A stretch of 63,693 nt of DNA, filler included, from Octopus bimaculoides (GCF_001194135.2; 10 parts of 10 records of this genome joined end to end with filler, not necessarily neighbours in it), one strand, 5' to 3'. Counted from the first letter of the whole stretch, positions 25,608-39,684 are shown. A program made the numbers and translations. The notes: a model not told the origin generated them from the sequence alone.

Positions 25608-25608
<1 letters not shown>
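24655..25608 (-). mobile_element. Four head-to-tail SINE-A copies separated by (AAT/GAT)n
   Basis: Units at about 24655-24862, 24903-25115, 25165-25350 and 25435-25608. Confidence 0.8.
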
Positions 25609-25651
<43 letters not shown>

Positions 25652-25907
25652 CTTATTGTAAACAATGCTTAAGTGCACTACAAGTGGTGTCAGAAAAGGT
25701 TCTAAAAATAGCTCATTTTTATCTTATCAGTGTAAATTGATTTTCCATTTCCACATAACTTGCAACTTCCAGTGTACATACTGTAAATGGTTTGTTATGT
25801 TATCAATAAAGACTTTGACTTCCTACCCCAAGCAGACATGTGACTGCTAATAAGATCATTCAAATGTGGTTGTCCCATTTTTATCCTTGGGTATTTGGAG
25901 TATGTGG

Positions 25908-26401
25908 TGTTATGGGCTGTGATGAGCTGTGTGTTGTGGTGGAGAGAGGTGAGGCAAACAGAAGTGAGGCCAGACCGGAAGGGCCAGACCGGAAGGGTCA
26001 GACCGGAAGTCGGCGACACGCGGTTGCAGGCTAGCACGTGGGGTCAGTCAGAAAACAGAGCGGTTATGAGAAAGATGTGTTCTGATCAGGAGCAATCGTG
26101 TACTCCGCTGCGGTCGACAAGGTAAGGTCCAACGTTTCATTCTGTCCTTTTGCTTCTTGTTGTCTTTTTACCTCCATCACACCACAAGCTATTTCGGCCC
26201 ATAAGAAAAAAAAAAAAAATTATGAGTGTAGTCCAGATTTCTAGTGATATAATTAAACCGTTTTGCGGTGACACGGACGTGGTCGCATGGCTAAAAAAGA
26301 TGAAGCTGGTCGCAAAGCTCCAAGGGATATGCGACTTGGCAAGTTTTCTACCGTTCTACTTGGATGGTCCGGCGTTGGCGCTATTTTTAGAGATGGAATA
26401 G
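25908..26401 (+). mobile_element. LTR retrotransposon 5' end (LTR plus gag start), cut by a gap
   Basis: The LTR-like block 25908-26206 has inverted termini TGTTATGGGCTG / CGGCCCATAAGA; it is followed by gag-like MSVVQISSDIIKPFCGDTDVVAWLKKMKLVAKLQ..LPFYLDGPALALFLEME. Confidence 0.7.
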
Positions 26402-26499
26402 ANNNNNNNNNNNNNNNNNNNNNNNNNNNNNNNNNNNNNNNNNNNNTTAATTAATTAANNNNNNNNNNNNNNNNNNNNNNNNNNNNNNNNNNNNNNNNN

Positions 26500-26880
26500 N
26501 NNTACACAGGCACACTCATATGCATGTACATATTCATATACAGTGATAGATTGGATCTGTAGCTTTCGAATTAGCTTTCTCCTTTCTGGTTTTGAGAAGC
26601 CTAATTTCTCAAGATTGGTATTTAGGCAGTGTGTTACATATTTCAGTGACCCAATAATCACAGGTATAAACTTGAACTTGTAATCTGGATAGAATAACTG
26701 CAGATTTCTTAATAGTTCAGCATAGGTGTTCTCTTTTTCACTGATCTTCAGCTTTATGCTAACATCCGTTGGGGAGCTAATTTCCACAACTGTGCACAGT
26801 TTCTCTTCTCCATCCCAAATCATTATATCAGGTCTGTTTTGTGCTTATACTTTATTGAGGTCTTCACTGGTACATTCCAC
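26500..26880 (-). mobile_element. RLE-type LINE C-terminus (family 2)
   Basis: IWDGEEKLCTVVEISSPTDVSI..KENTYAELLRNLQLFYPDYKFKFIPVIIG. Confidence 0.75.
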
Positions 26881-27297
26881 CAATATTCCTTAATTCCTCT
26901 CTATTATGTATGTATGTATGTATGTATGTGTGTATGTATGTTTGTGTGTGTATGTATGTATGGTTGTATGTATGTATGTTGGTAGGTATACATGTATTTA
27001 TCGTTTATCATTCTTCAGCCGAGCTGGGGTTTCCATTCGAATGGTTAAAATGTTTTTTATTCGAATAAAATGTAATTTACTCTTGTAAAGTTTAACATAC
27101 AAGTGTGTGTGTGTGTATACAAGTATGAATACCCACTTTATGAGCAGGCAGCTACTCTTTGGTTGTCGCATGTGGAAACATCAAGATAGAAAGACACTTA
27201 TAAGAAATAAAGCAATCCATCCACCCATCCATTCATTTGTCCGAATGTCTGTCTGTCTACTAGCCTGTCTCTCTCTCTCTGTCTCTCTCTCTCTGTC

Positions 27298-27347
<50 letters not shown>

Positions 27348-27492
27348 TCTATCTATCTATCTGTCTATCTAACTACACACACACACGCACATGTATATAT
27401 GCTTCAATTAGTCAAAAAGCGCAGAAAAACAGGAACATACATTCTTAAATACATACAAGTATACTTACACACATGTGTGCATACGTGTGTTC

Positions 27493-27596
<104 letters not shown>

Positions 27597-28036
27597 TGAG
27601 TGTTGCGAGAGAGAAAGTTCTGCTTATGTTTCTGCTAATTTTATAACAGTATCCTTCTTCCGTATAATACGATAATGTTTTAGCACTTTAGCTTAAACTA
27701 CGTTGGTTTAGATATAATCAAACGAAAATAAGAAAAGATAAAAAAAGATAAAGAAAACAAAAGCAAACATCAATCTTTGTTGTGCCCTTACATCTCAAAT
27801 GCTTAGATCCACAGATCTCTGACTCTGGAGTCAACAAAACTGTAAGACCGTAGATTCAGATGCAATAAAGATGAAATTGTAACAAGGTGAGATGAAGGAT
27901 CACATGATACTGCATATGTGCAGTAACAGCAATACGCTGAATTCCTGAAGATCTTATACCATTATTCTTTATTGATCCTACGTAACAATTTTCATATCTT
28001 GGTTAACTATTCACATGGAAGACATTTAGGTACTCC

Positions 28037-28067
<31 letters not shown>

Positions 28068-28483
28068 CATTATTATTATTATTATTATTATGGTAATATT
28101 CGATGCAACAGCGTTAATTTTTTGATCTTATCCAGTATGGAATTGACTAATATAGAATTTCTATAGATTTCAGCCCCCTAGCTGATACGCGTCAAAGCCA
28201 ATATCATGCCATGTTTCATTGTTCGAGAATGGTAAAAATAAATACAAATGAAAGCGGAGCGGGTAAAAGGTTGCTTTCACCGAATGCCAATAACCTATGA
28301 ATTTGTCAAGCATTTTTTTTGTTTGTATTAGATTTTTCAAACGTTCTATTTTACAATTTGCGAATATAACTTTTCAACGTAAAGTTACACTCACATTGGC
28401 AAAGACACACGCATACACACACATTCTCTCGCTTAAAACACAATCCATAGCTACTACACATATATATTCACACACACAGACAC

Positions 28484-28566
<83 letters not shown>

Positions 28567-28844
28567 AATTGAAAGAATACAGCAGATAAATCCAAGCTAC
28601 GTATGTTTCCTAGCTCGCAGAACCTCGGAAGTAGTAACTATACAACTAAGGGTACTACACTAAGTACAAATGAGGTCAAAGGTACTTTAGTTAAATGGCT
28701 ACATTATCGTTAAATCGCCGGAGATTGAATTTATAATGAGTGAAGCCAGAAAAGCGGAGTGAAAAAACAAAACAGAAAAATATATGAATAAATAAAAGGA
28801 GCGGTAATAGAAAAGATTTTTATTTATTTATGCGCCCTATTAAA

Positions 28845-29117
28845 GCCTAACCAGTCTCACGGGCCTGGTTTCACGGTTTCTATGGCCTATGTGCCCCGCC
28901 TCCAGCTGGAAGGGACGCCAGTCCATCGCAGCTTTACTCAAGAAACAGGAAGAAAGAGTGAGAGAAGGTTAGTGCCAAAGAGTACTAACCAGGGGCCGTA
29001 ACCAACCCCACCGGAGCCTCGTGGAGCTTTTAGATGTTTTCGCTCAATAAACGCACACAACGCGATCCTCCGGCTGCAAGTCCGCTGCCCTAACCGCTGG
29101 GCCATTGCGCCTCCAAC
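28845..29117 (-). mobile_element. tRNA-derived SINE family E
   Basis: Head GGAGGCGCAATGGCCCAGCGGTTAGGGCAGCGGACTTGC; the B box appears deleted. Confidence 0.6.
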
Positions 29118-29827
29118 AATAGAAAAGTAAGAGGTAAAAAATATGGGAGGGGACAATTGTCTATGTTTGTTAAGAATAAGAAAAGGAGAGAAGGAGAAAG
29201 GAAAATTTAGTTAATATTGATGCTGACCGAGGGAAAGGTCGTGAATATTAAGCTGGATTCTACTTCCGAGGTTCTTCAAGCTAGAAAACAGATACAGCCT
29301 GTATTTTACTTGTTCCATTGTATCAATTTGGATTTTTATTCGCATTCATAGCAACATTGGTTGCTAACCGTGACCTGTACAAAACAACTTTTTTCAGCTT
29401 ATTGAACTTCGATATGGGAAAAACCTACAACCTTCTTGATCAATAAACTATTATTGTTCCAGAGAGTAGTTTTCTATACCTACCACGTAGTGCTCGAAAA
29501 TTGCTGAACTCCTACACCTACAGCCTAGGATCTTACAATTACACACACACACACACACACACANNNNNNNNNNNNNNNNNNNNNNNNNNNNNNNNNNNNN
29601 NNNNNNNNNNNNNNNNNNNNNNNNNNNNNNNNNNNNNNNNNNNNNNNNNNNNNNNNNNNNNNNNNNNNNNNNNNNNNNNNNNNNNNNNNNNNNNNNNNNN
29701 NNNNNNNNNNNNNNNNNNNNNNNNNNNNNNNNNNNNNNNNNNNNNNNNNNNNNNNNNNNNNNNNNNNNNNNNNNNNNNNNNNNNNNNNNNNNNNNNNNNN
29801 NNNNNTATATATATATATATATCACAG

Positions 29828-29973
29828 TAAGCAACAAGGATATCCAGAGTTAATGCAGTACGATCGTTTCATGCGACTCCATTTAATTGAACAATGTAAA
29901 CATTACATCAAATAAAAAATGCAGAACAATTTTCAGATGAAACTGCATTATCTCTGAATATCCTTGTTGCTTA
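29828..29973. mobile_element. Small MITE-like element
   Basis: 32-bp TIRs TAAGCAACAAGGATAT(C/T)CAGAG(T/A)TAATGCAGT with 2 mismatches. Confidence 0.75.
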
Positions 29974-31463
29974 TTTTGATTTTAATCACCCTATATTGAA
30001 ACTGTACGGATAATACCATACTAAGTTCTGGTGCCTAAACTTAAATTTCATATTCACCTGAATATAAATTTATATATATATATATATAAATGGGAACGAT
30101 GATTTCACTACGCAAAAACTGATCGGGCAGACAGTGTCTCGTTAGCCAGCTGGAGGAAGTGTCTTCCTGGGGTTATAAGCTACTAAACTACAGTAGCATC
30201 GTCCCATATGGGTCAGCCACATTTAGGTGGTAAATATACTTCACGATGTCGTGCTGCTACTGTTTACATCTCGCTCAGAAATTGATTATTGCTAATATAT
30301 ATATATATATATACATGAGAGATATATATATATATGATATATATATATATGTGTATGTATATATATAGTATATGTGTGTGTGTAGAGACAGACAGAAACA
30401 CAGGCTAATAGACAGAGACAAAAACCAGGAAAAAAGAGAAATATATATCTATATATATATATATACACATGCACACATACATATATACGCAAACACTCAC
30501 ACACATACACACATACATACACACATATGCTTATGCATTCAAATGCAGAACTACACGTGTTTCTAAATATAACCACATATATCGCTATATAAACGTACAT
30601 GTCATTCTACTCCCACTTTCGTTTACTCCACTTTATTTTCATTCTCTTCTTAATTTCTCATTCATCATCATAATCTCCATTTGCCATCCCCGTCGTTGTC
30701 ATCATTCTATTCAATATCTTCTTTCTCCCCATCATCATCATTAATAGCAGCAATATCGATACGAAGTACGCTAACAACAGAACAAACAAGAACATGGAAA
30801 AAGGTAAGATACACTTGCAAAGGTAACTAACTGTAACCGAAATCACGGAATATGTGACAACGGTATAGCTATCTCTACTGATTGATATCTGTCATATAAT
30901 GTATATATATATATATATNNNNNNNNNNNNNNNNNNNNNNNNNNNNNNNNNNNNNNNNNNNNNNNNNNNNNNNNNNNNNNNNNNNNNNNNNNNNNNNNNN
31001 NNNNNNNNNNNNNNNNNNNNNNNNNNNNNNNNNNNNNNNNNNNNNNNNNNNNNNNNNNNNNNNNNNNNNNNNNNNNNNNNNNNNNNNNNNNNNNNNNNNN
31101 NNNNNNNNNNNNNNNNNNNNNNNNNNNNNNNNNNNNNNNNNNNNNNNNNNNNNNNNNNNNNNNNNNNNNNNNNNNNNNNNNNNNNNNNNNNNNNNNNNNN
31201 NNNNNNNNNNNNNNNNNNNNNNNNNNNNNNNNNNNNNNNNNNNNNNNNNNNNNNNNNNNNNNNNNNNNNNNNNNNNNNNNNNNNNNNNNNNNNNNNNNNN
31301 NNNNNNNNNNNNNNNNNNNNNNNNNNNNNNNNNNNNNNNNNNNNNNNNNNNNNNNNNNNNNNNNNNNNNNNNNNNNNNNNNNNNNNNNNNNNNNNNNNNN
31401 NNNNNNNNNNNNNNNNNNNNNNNNNNNNNNNNNNNNNNNNNNNNNNNNNNNNNNNNNNNNNNN

Positions 31464-31505
<42 letters not shown>

Positions 31506-31759
31506 AATACTGTGATATTGGCCTTGGGGATTGCATTATGTAGGCTGTTGGTGCATAAAAGCACACATACAACATAGCAAATGAGAATCGGTTGCCATGG
31601 GTGCCGCACTGCCTATATTACGTGATTTTATTCTACTGGAAATTATTAGTGGTAGACTAATTATTGGTCGCCACTTAAAACTGCATTGTTGCTATTGATA
31701 TTGATCTTCTTCTTCTTCTTCTTCTTCTTCTTCTTCTTCTTCTTCTTCTTCTTCTTCTT

Positions 31760-31870
<111 letters not shown>

Positions 31871-32415
31871 GAGCAGCGCATGCCACCGTAAGTGACACTG
31901 GGTTACAAATATACAAAGCCCTATATACCCATCATGACTACCCGCCTGATAAGGGTACACCAAGCACATGCATCACAACCATATGTGCGCGACATGGTGA
32001 TCTCGTATCAAGATAAACAGCGCATGACTTTGCATGTGGGGCCCAGTTAGAATTTTCTTGAGATCGAGTGACCCATCCCGCTCAAAGTCCTTGAATAAGG
32101 GTTGTTTAAGGATGTTGAACTAAACACCCATGTTTCCAAAGGTGAATTATCCAAAGCCCAAAGAATTGCTCTCAACACATGGCTATGATCTCGCCCTCCC
32201 CCAACTGCTTCTGCTCGTGATCAGAGATGCAAATATCGTCAGCCACCAAGGGACATGCTCAACTGGTTAAGGTCAAACAAATGACAAGCATATCTGTGGT
32301 ACTGAGCAGAATATTTGCTGTAGACCATCTTTTATACCAAGACAAAACAATGTACATGATAACACTTTCAATTAGTTAAAATCAGAAGCCACGAGAGCCA
32401 CTGCCTGGTACTGCA
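31871..32415. mobile_element. ~550 bp (ATT)n-flanked repeat, copy 2
   Basis: Homologous to 15430-15976; flanks are (TTC)n(TTA)n and (CAT)n(TTA)n. Confidence 0.85.
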
Positions 32416-32429
32416 TCAGGGCATCATCA

Positions 32430-32619
<190 letters not shown>

Positions 32620-32949
32620 GCAACGAAGCAGTATTAAGTGGTGACCGGACGTCACATATATACATATATACACACATACATACATATTATACATACATAC
32701 ATACATACATACACGGTAGATAGTGAGAAAGAGAGACAAAGAAAGAGAGCGATAGAGAGGGAGAGAGAGAGAGAGGTGGGGGGATTGACACAACAGACAG
32801 AAATGGATAATGTCAATGGGAGCAAGAAGGAAAATAGACAACAACCACCAAACACAAACGCCTGAACCACCACTACCTTCGAATTAAGAGCAACAAAATT
32901 CATAATCAATAACAATAAATTAAATTAACAATGACGTCACTAGTCAAGG

Positions 32950-33283
32950 TTCTCACCATCTCAACTTTTTTCCTCCTGAATATCTTCCTCATCCTCCTCC
33001 TCCTTGACTCCTCCTTCCCTTTCTTCCCCTCTGTCCCATCTTCCCCTTCCACCTCTTCATCATCATTATTATCCTAGTCTTCATCCCCATTGCCGTCGCT
33101 GCTGTCGTCATCGGCAGCGGCGACGGCAATGGCGAGGCTGTCATCATCTTAATCCCCGTCGTCATCATCATCATCATCATCATCATCGTTACCACCCTCG
33201 TCGCCTTCGTAGCCGTCCTCCTCTTACTCCTCCTTTCCATCACGTTCATCATAATCATGACTGTCATCGTCATCATCATCACT

Positions 33284-33323
<40 letters not shown>

Positions 33324-33440
33324 CTATTATTATAATCATCATCATTGTCGTCCTTGTAGTCGACGTCATCCTCGTCGTCGACATCATAATCATCACTAGC
33401 AACAACTACAAAAGAAACAAAAACAACAACAACAACCAGT
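32950..33440. repeat. Degenerate CAT/CGT/CCT trinucleotide repeat
   Basis: Produces the poly-M, poly-H, poly-D and poly-I pseudo-ORFs. Confidence 0.85.
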
Positions 33441-34521
33441 ACTAGATGTCTCACCACATCGTTTGCTCACTGTTGCATTTTTAAACAACTCCACGAATTG
33501 TATTTTTGAGAAAAAAAATTTGTTCCGTTTTTCGTTTCTCCATTTTTCTAACTTTTATTAATTTTCATAGAATTCTTTTTTTGTTTACGATATTTATTCC
33601 GTAATAAATCTTATTAAAAATGTTTTATATATTTCATTACTTCCATTGTGGTTGTGCCTAAATCGATATTCACCTGTTATATAGATCATAAAAACAAAAA
33701 TTCTAAAAATATCTGAATAAGTAATTATATATAAATATATAAATAAATATATGCTACCTAATCGAAGGGTTTGTGAAAAAGATCAATATATTGTCAACTG
33801 TATTATAAATTTATATTTATATATTTTTTATTGCTTCTTATTCTCTAAGTTTTCATCATTTGTGTGCATTAAAAAATAATTCACTTCATCCATTATTTTT
33901 TTTTTCGTCTTAACTGGTTGTTAAAAATTCAATTGAATCTCTTGTTTTGCTACGTTTCACCCTTAGATGTAATTGGGATGTCACGAAAGACCTGGTGAGT
34001 AAACTGGTTAATATATATTTGTATGACTTGTCAGAGAATAGAGACAGCAAAGAAATTCGTAGCTGCGTGTAGTCGACGGAACGCTAGAGTATTAATTTAG
34101 GATTGCTTGTGTGGCAAACAAATTTCACAGATATGACAGACCTGTAGCTGAGCTGGAGTAAAGAGGTCATGTCACATAAGAGGTCACGGATGGCGACGAA
34201 AGGACTTAGTCAAATACAACTGTTTCAGTGATTAACCGAATGCATAATCAAGCATTCGATAAGTTAGTTGAATAGTTAACCAATTAATCTGAAATATTGA
34301 TGTAAAAGTGAATCCGTGAGTGTGGTGTTTACTAGTGGCATGATCACCATTCTCTCAACACACTAAGATACTACTATATATATGTGTGTATATATATATA
34401 TGTGTGTATATATATATATATNNNNNNNNNNNNNNNNNNNNNNNNNNNNNNNNNNNNNNNNNNNNTTAATTAATTAANNNNNNNNNNNNNNNNNNNNNNN
34501 NNNNNNNNNNNNNNNNNNNNN

Positions 34522-34558
<37 letters not shown>

Positions 34559-34819
34559 TTCATATATATACTATCCGCTTTCAGTTTCCCTCTACCAAAT
34601 CCACTCACAAGGCTTTGGTCGGCCCGAGGCTATAGTAGAAGACACTTGCCCTATGTGCCACTCAGTGTGACAGAACCCGGAGCCATGTGGTTGGGAAGCA
34701 AACTTCTTACCACACAGCCATTCCTGCGCTATTTTCTTAATGTTTCTTGATTACATTTTTGTTTGTATTTTATTCTTATATGACTTATATTAATTTTCAT
34801 TTAGCAAACTCTTTCATTA

Positions 34820-35180
34820 CTCACATGGTTCAGATTTGAAAGACTGCTTACAGTGAATATAGCTTGAAACCCTATATCTCGTCCAAACTGTTCGCCAGAT
34901 CTTGGTCCCAGTGATTTTCCGAAGTTGAGCCAAGAGTAGACAGTTCTCCAGCCATGAAAAACTGCTGTTGGATATAGACCAGTGGTTAACTACGGAGGAC
35001 AAACCGCTCAATCTATATGGCATTTGAGAATATGTGTAAGAAAAGTGCATTACAATTAATAAGAACCTTTATTAAAAATCAAAAGTATTTTTTATCAAAT
35101 AAAATAAAATATATACATTTATTTTCTACTGTCATGTCGCTAAGTATGTTGACCTAAAACTTTTGAAACACCCTTGTATG
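34820..35180 (+). mobile_element. mariner transposase 3' end
   Basis: SPDLGPSDF..DIDQWLTTEDKPLNLYGI..EKCITIN followed by a TIR-like end. Confidence 0.65.
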
Positions 35181-35389
35181 TATAATCATATATTGAGAGG
35201 GATGGCGTTAGTTGAAACACATTTCATAAAAATGTTTATTTTCAAAATCTTGACATATTGATAAATTTGTCACTTATCATCTATTTTATATATAGATACT
35301 TTTACGACATATTAAGCAAGTTGGTTCAGCAAAGCCTTACATAGATTCGAAAGAAAAGTAATGTTTGTGAGCCAAATCTAAACATTCCA

Positions 35390-36470
35390 ACTTGTCCCAC
35401 AACGAATTAACTTAGATCATGATGTGAGAACACATTGGAACGCTAGTAATTATAGGACAATTCAAGAATAATGATGGCGTGATTTCAATGTACAATTCCA
35501 ACGATGTATTTTATCAGATAAACTTCCATTAGGAATAATTGTCACTTTGATTTATCACTAATAAATTGGTCCACAGTTAGTCCTCGTTTACTCTGACTTG
35601 TAGGTTGTTAGATCAACAAGAAACACAAGTTTTTAACTCGACGATAACTTGTTCTTAGCAGAGTAATTCCAATGTCCTTACCTTCATGTCTCCATATGTG
35701 AATTAGCTACCACAAAGTCATTGCTCGGAACACCATTAAATTTTGTTTTTATCTCATCATTACCCACGATTTCAGCAATCAATGCAACATAATACTGAGC
35801 CATTTTCCCCCTGTAAAATGCACAAGAACATATTCTCCCATCCCTATATATGAAGGCTCTTCATATTCCTATCGTGTTTCTTCAGAGAATTGTACAACCA
35901 GCCTTTGCCGGTGCTTCTATTCTTCACTCAATACTGAAGCATCGTATATTTTAAGATACTAAAATTCACTCATTTATTCAATTTTCCCTAACCTCCTGTA
36001 GATATTGAACTTCCCTACACGTGTCAGTGTATAAATGGTAGCGGAGGGGGTCAGTTGGAAACGACACATCCTCCTTATTACTGAAATATCCCTCTCATCA
36101 CGTAGCCCTTTGACATAATGACCCCAACAAAAGCAGTGCACGCAACACACATTGGTACAGGTAAATTTTTTACTGCCCTCATTCCAATTTCTGCCACACA
36201 ATCAAAACAAAAACCGCTGATGTAGTATTTGCTAAATAAACAGAGTATTTCTGAAAAGTAAATATTTTACTTGAAGACGTAAAACAAATACAACGAGTTT
36301 TCTGTAAGTCTGAAAATCTTCTACATTGAATTGATAGCAAATGGCGGAAAGGCAGTATGGCAGGCAGTCACGAGATGGCAGCACAGTCATTACCAGGTTC
36401 TTTGTTTCTACTGAAAAACAAGAAGCAATTCAGCTTATCCTACGTTCCAACTAACCACATTTCCCTATAA
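35390..36470 (-). mobile_element. Decayed pogo-like DNA transposon with a Cys/His (PHD-like) remnant
   Basis: CVHCFCWGH and GEYVLVHFTG..YYVALIAEIV..EIKTKF; TIR-like GTGG..AGTTGGAA in inverted orientation at about 35390 and 36450. Confidence 0.45.
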
Positions 36471-37759
36471 TGTGTATATGTATGCGTATGTGTGTGCGCA
36501 TGATGTTTGTATGAGTGTGCTTACGTGCATATTTGTGTCTGTCTTCGCGTGCCATCTTAGTGACACCGCATGTGGAGAAGTAATGTGCTTGTCACGCAGT
36601 ATACACACACGCATGCACGCACGCACGCACACACACACACACACACATGTACATATTTTGTACTATATTTCATTCTTTTATTTTTTACTTGTTCCTGTCA
36701 TTAGACTGGGGCCATGCAGGGGCAGCGCCTTGAACAATTTTTAGTTAAATGAATCCATCCCAACATTTATCTTAATATTTTTGAAGCCTGGTACTTATTC
36801 TATCGGCCCCTTTGCCGAACCGCTAAGTTACGGGGACATAAACACACTAACCTTGATTATCAAGTGGTAAGTGGGGGAGGGATACACAAGCACATACACA
36901 CATACATACATTCACGATGAGCTTCTTTCAGTTTCCATCTACTTAATCCGCTCCCAAGGCTCTGGTCAGCCTGAGGCTTTAGAAGACACTTGCCCAATGT
37001 GACACGCTGTAGGACTGACCCTGGAACTATGTAGTTGGGAAGCAAACCTCTTACCACACAGCCATAATATATATACAATATTGATGCAGTATAAAATATA
37101 TACATTTTATGTATATATATGCATGCATTTGTAGATGTATAAATCGGTATATGTATGCAAGTGCATATATATGGGTGTGTGTATGTATATATGTTGATGA
37201 GAGTGTATGTTCATATATAAATATATACAAGCCTGCATACATATTCTATTGTGCTATATATATTAATAATATAGGAGAAATGTTGTATGTATGTGTGTGT
37301 GCGCGCGCGCGCATTTATATGCATATATGCTATGACACACAGTACAATACATCTTTATAGTGTAAGGTTCATATACAAATACATATATAATAGTATCGTG
37401 TGTGTGTGTGTGTGTGTGTGTGCGTGCGCGTGCGCGCGATCAGGCGTGGCTGTGTGGTATGAAATTTGTTTCCCAATCACATGGTTCTAGGTTCATTCCC
37501 ACTACCTGGCACCTTGGCCAAGTGTCTTCTATTTCCACTTTAGCAGAGCGTAATTTTGATCTATGGACCTCTGGGTTATGGGCCCAGCACGCTTCTACTG
37601 CGCCAATATGATATGATATAATACATAGATATAGATTATATTTATATCTATGTATGAATGCGTGTGTGTGTGTATGTACTTGATATACGATATATGAGTT
37701 ATATACTTGATTGAATGTTCAAATGTTTTTAATAAATATCTACAGAGCAACTGATCATA

Positions 37760-38100
37760 TAGGGTAAATCATTTCGTCCACTCACTGGCGATTCGTGTCA
37801 TTAGCTGCAGTTGACGGTCTCCCACAACGAGGTTTACTTTCAATGGTGGCTTTTTCTTCATTCCACTTTATCAGTTTGTGCACATTGCTCATGTCAGTGA
37901 AGTCATCTTTTTAAATAAGGCGCAAACCTCTGTGAATGTCAAACAGTCTGCACCCCACCTACCAAGAATTTAATGATAGTACGTAGCTTCTACTTGGAAC
38001 CCACTATTTGCCCGCAATGCAGAACTGGAATCGATACTTTAGAGGAAGAGTTACTCCAAAATACGCAAATTTATTTTCGGTCCAACACTCGTCCAACCTG
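37760..38100 (-). mobile_element. mariner transposase N-terminal fragment
   Basis: IIKFLVG..MSNVHKLIKW..ESKPRCGRPSTA. Confidence 0.6.
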
Positions 38101-38129
38101 TGCGTGCATAGATAACAAAGACAAATTCA

Positions 38130-38800
38130 CATAGTTTATTTGAGAAAAGTCTTATTGTTCCGCTTACAGATTGTAATTGTAATGTGCATGTTAGCTGGTT
38201 GATTTCTTTTTTCTGAAACCATCAGCTTTTCTAGATTCTCACTCAGGCATTTACTTTCAAAAACAAGTCCATCAGTTATTATTGAAATAACTTTCTATTT
38301 ATAATCTGGGTATAGGAGCTGAAGATTTCGCAGAAGTTGACTGTAGTTATCCCCTTTCTCTTTGATTTTCGAAGAGATATTCACATCAGCCAGGCAACTG
38401 GCCTCTGTGACAATACATATTTTTTCTTGTTTGTTCCAAACAACGATATCCTGTCTTTTGCATATGCATTTGGTAGAGGTATTGATGTGAATGTTCCACC
38501 AATATTCCTTGTGTTGATGTATATGCATATGTTCAATAACATGGGGGCGTCTCTTTTTTTTTTTTTGGCAGGCATTGTAAACTAAATGTTTTAGCGACAA
38601 TGCTGTGCCGCATTGGTGTACCTTGATGTCAATTTTGAGCTGCTGCTGAATCACAGGTATGATGTCTTCCACAGAAATGTGACATAATCCTCATTTTCGA
38701 TTACATCTTGGAGCTTCAAGGGATTCACAGTCTTTTTGGTTTGTTAGGTATTTTTTAGCAATCTCCTGTTCTTAGATTGCAAACGCATAGCCTTTGAAGA
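38130..38800 (-). mobile_element. RLE-type LINE C-terminus (family 2)
   Basis: EYWWNIHINT..QDIVVWNKQEKICIVTEASCLADVNISSKIKEKGDNYSQLLRNLQLLYPDYK. Confidence 0.75.
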
Positions 38801-39185
38801 GTGATGTGAGGTAATAGTTACGAGTCCCAAAAAAAGGTGGCACTTCACGTTGGTATTGCTGTCATTTTCAAGTTGTCAGGAAGTATACCCATGCATAGTC
38901 ATGATATATGTGGGTAGGTGTTAGAGAGTGTGTGTGTGAGAGAGAGACAGAGAGAGAGAGAGACAGAGACAGACAGACAGACAGACAGACAGAGTGTGTG
39001 TGTGTATGTATATATGTATGTACGTATGTTTGTATGTATGTATGTATGTATGCATGTGTGTGCGTGTATGTGCATGTATGTATGTATGCATGTATGTATG
39101 TATGTATGTATGCATGCATGTTTCCGTTTGTATATTTTTGAGATGAGGAATTTATTTGATATATACTGTTTATTTTAGTCGGACA

Positions 39186-39684
39186 GGTGTCTTCATCTTG
39201 ATTGTTGCTTTCACTCCGTTTCGGTTGTTGTGCGCCCCAGCCTTCTTCAGGTGCCTTGTGTTGAACTCGGTTGTTGTATCGGAATTTCGAAACTAACTTT
39301 TCATTTGATTCACGGGGTACACTGTTCTCATTCCGCTCTTTGCGTTTCGTGACATTTCTTGCTTCAGTTGTTATTTATGAATTACCTTTATCTACTACGG
39401 GCTTAGCATAGTAGAAGAAGACGTTGGTTATTGCAGTACAGTCACCTAGAGGTTCTGAGTTCAATGCCAGGCAAGGCATTAAGGTAATTCACAAGCATGA
39501 ACTGAAGCAAAAACATATCATGAAACGCAGCGAGCGGAATGACAACAGTGTGTCTCCGTAAATCAAATAAAGATTCGTTTCGTAATTCTCATAAAACAAC
39601 CGAGTTCAACAGAAGACGTCTGAAGAAGGCTGGAGCGTCCAAGAGCTAAAACATAATGAAAGCAACAATCAAAATGGGGACACC
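39186..39684. repeat. Inverted pair (~185 bp arms) of Penelope-type terminal repeats
   Basis: Arms 39186-39369 and 39500-39684 are reverse complements; each carries CTGAAGAAGGCTGG. Confidence 0.75.

Noticed and set aside
34817-35050. Minus-strand ORF with splice-like ends
   Set aside because: The plus strand is a recognisable mariner C-terminus.
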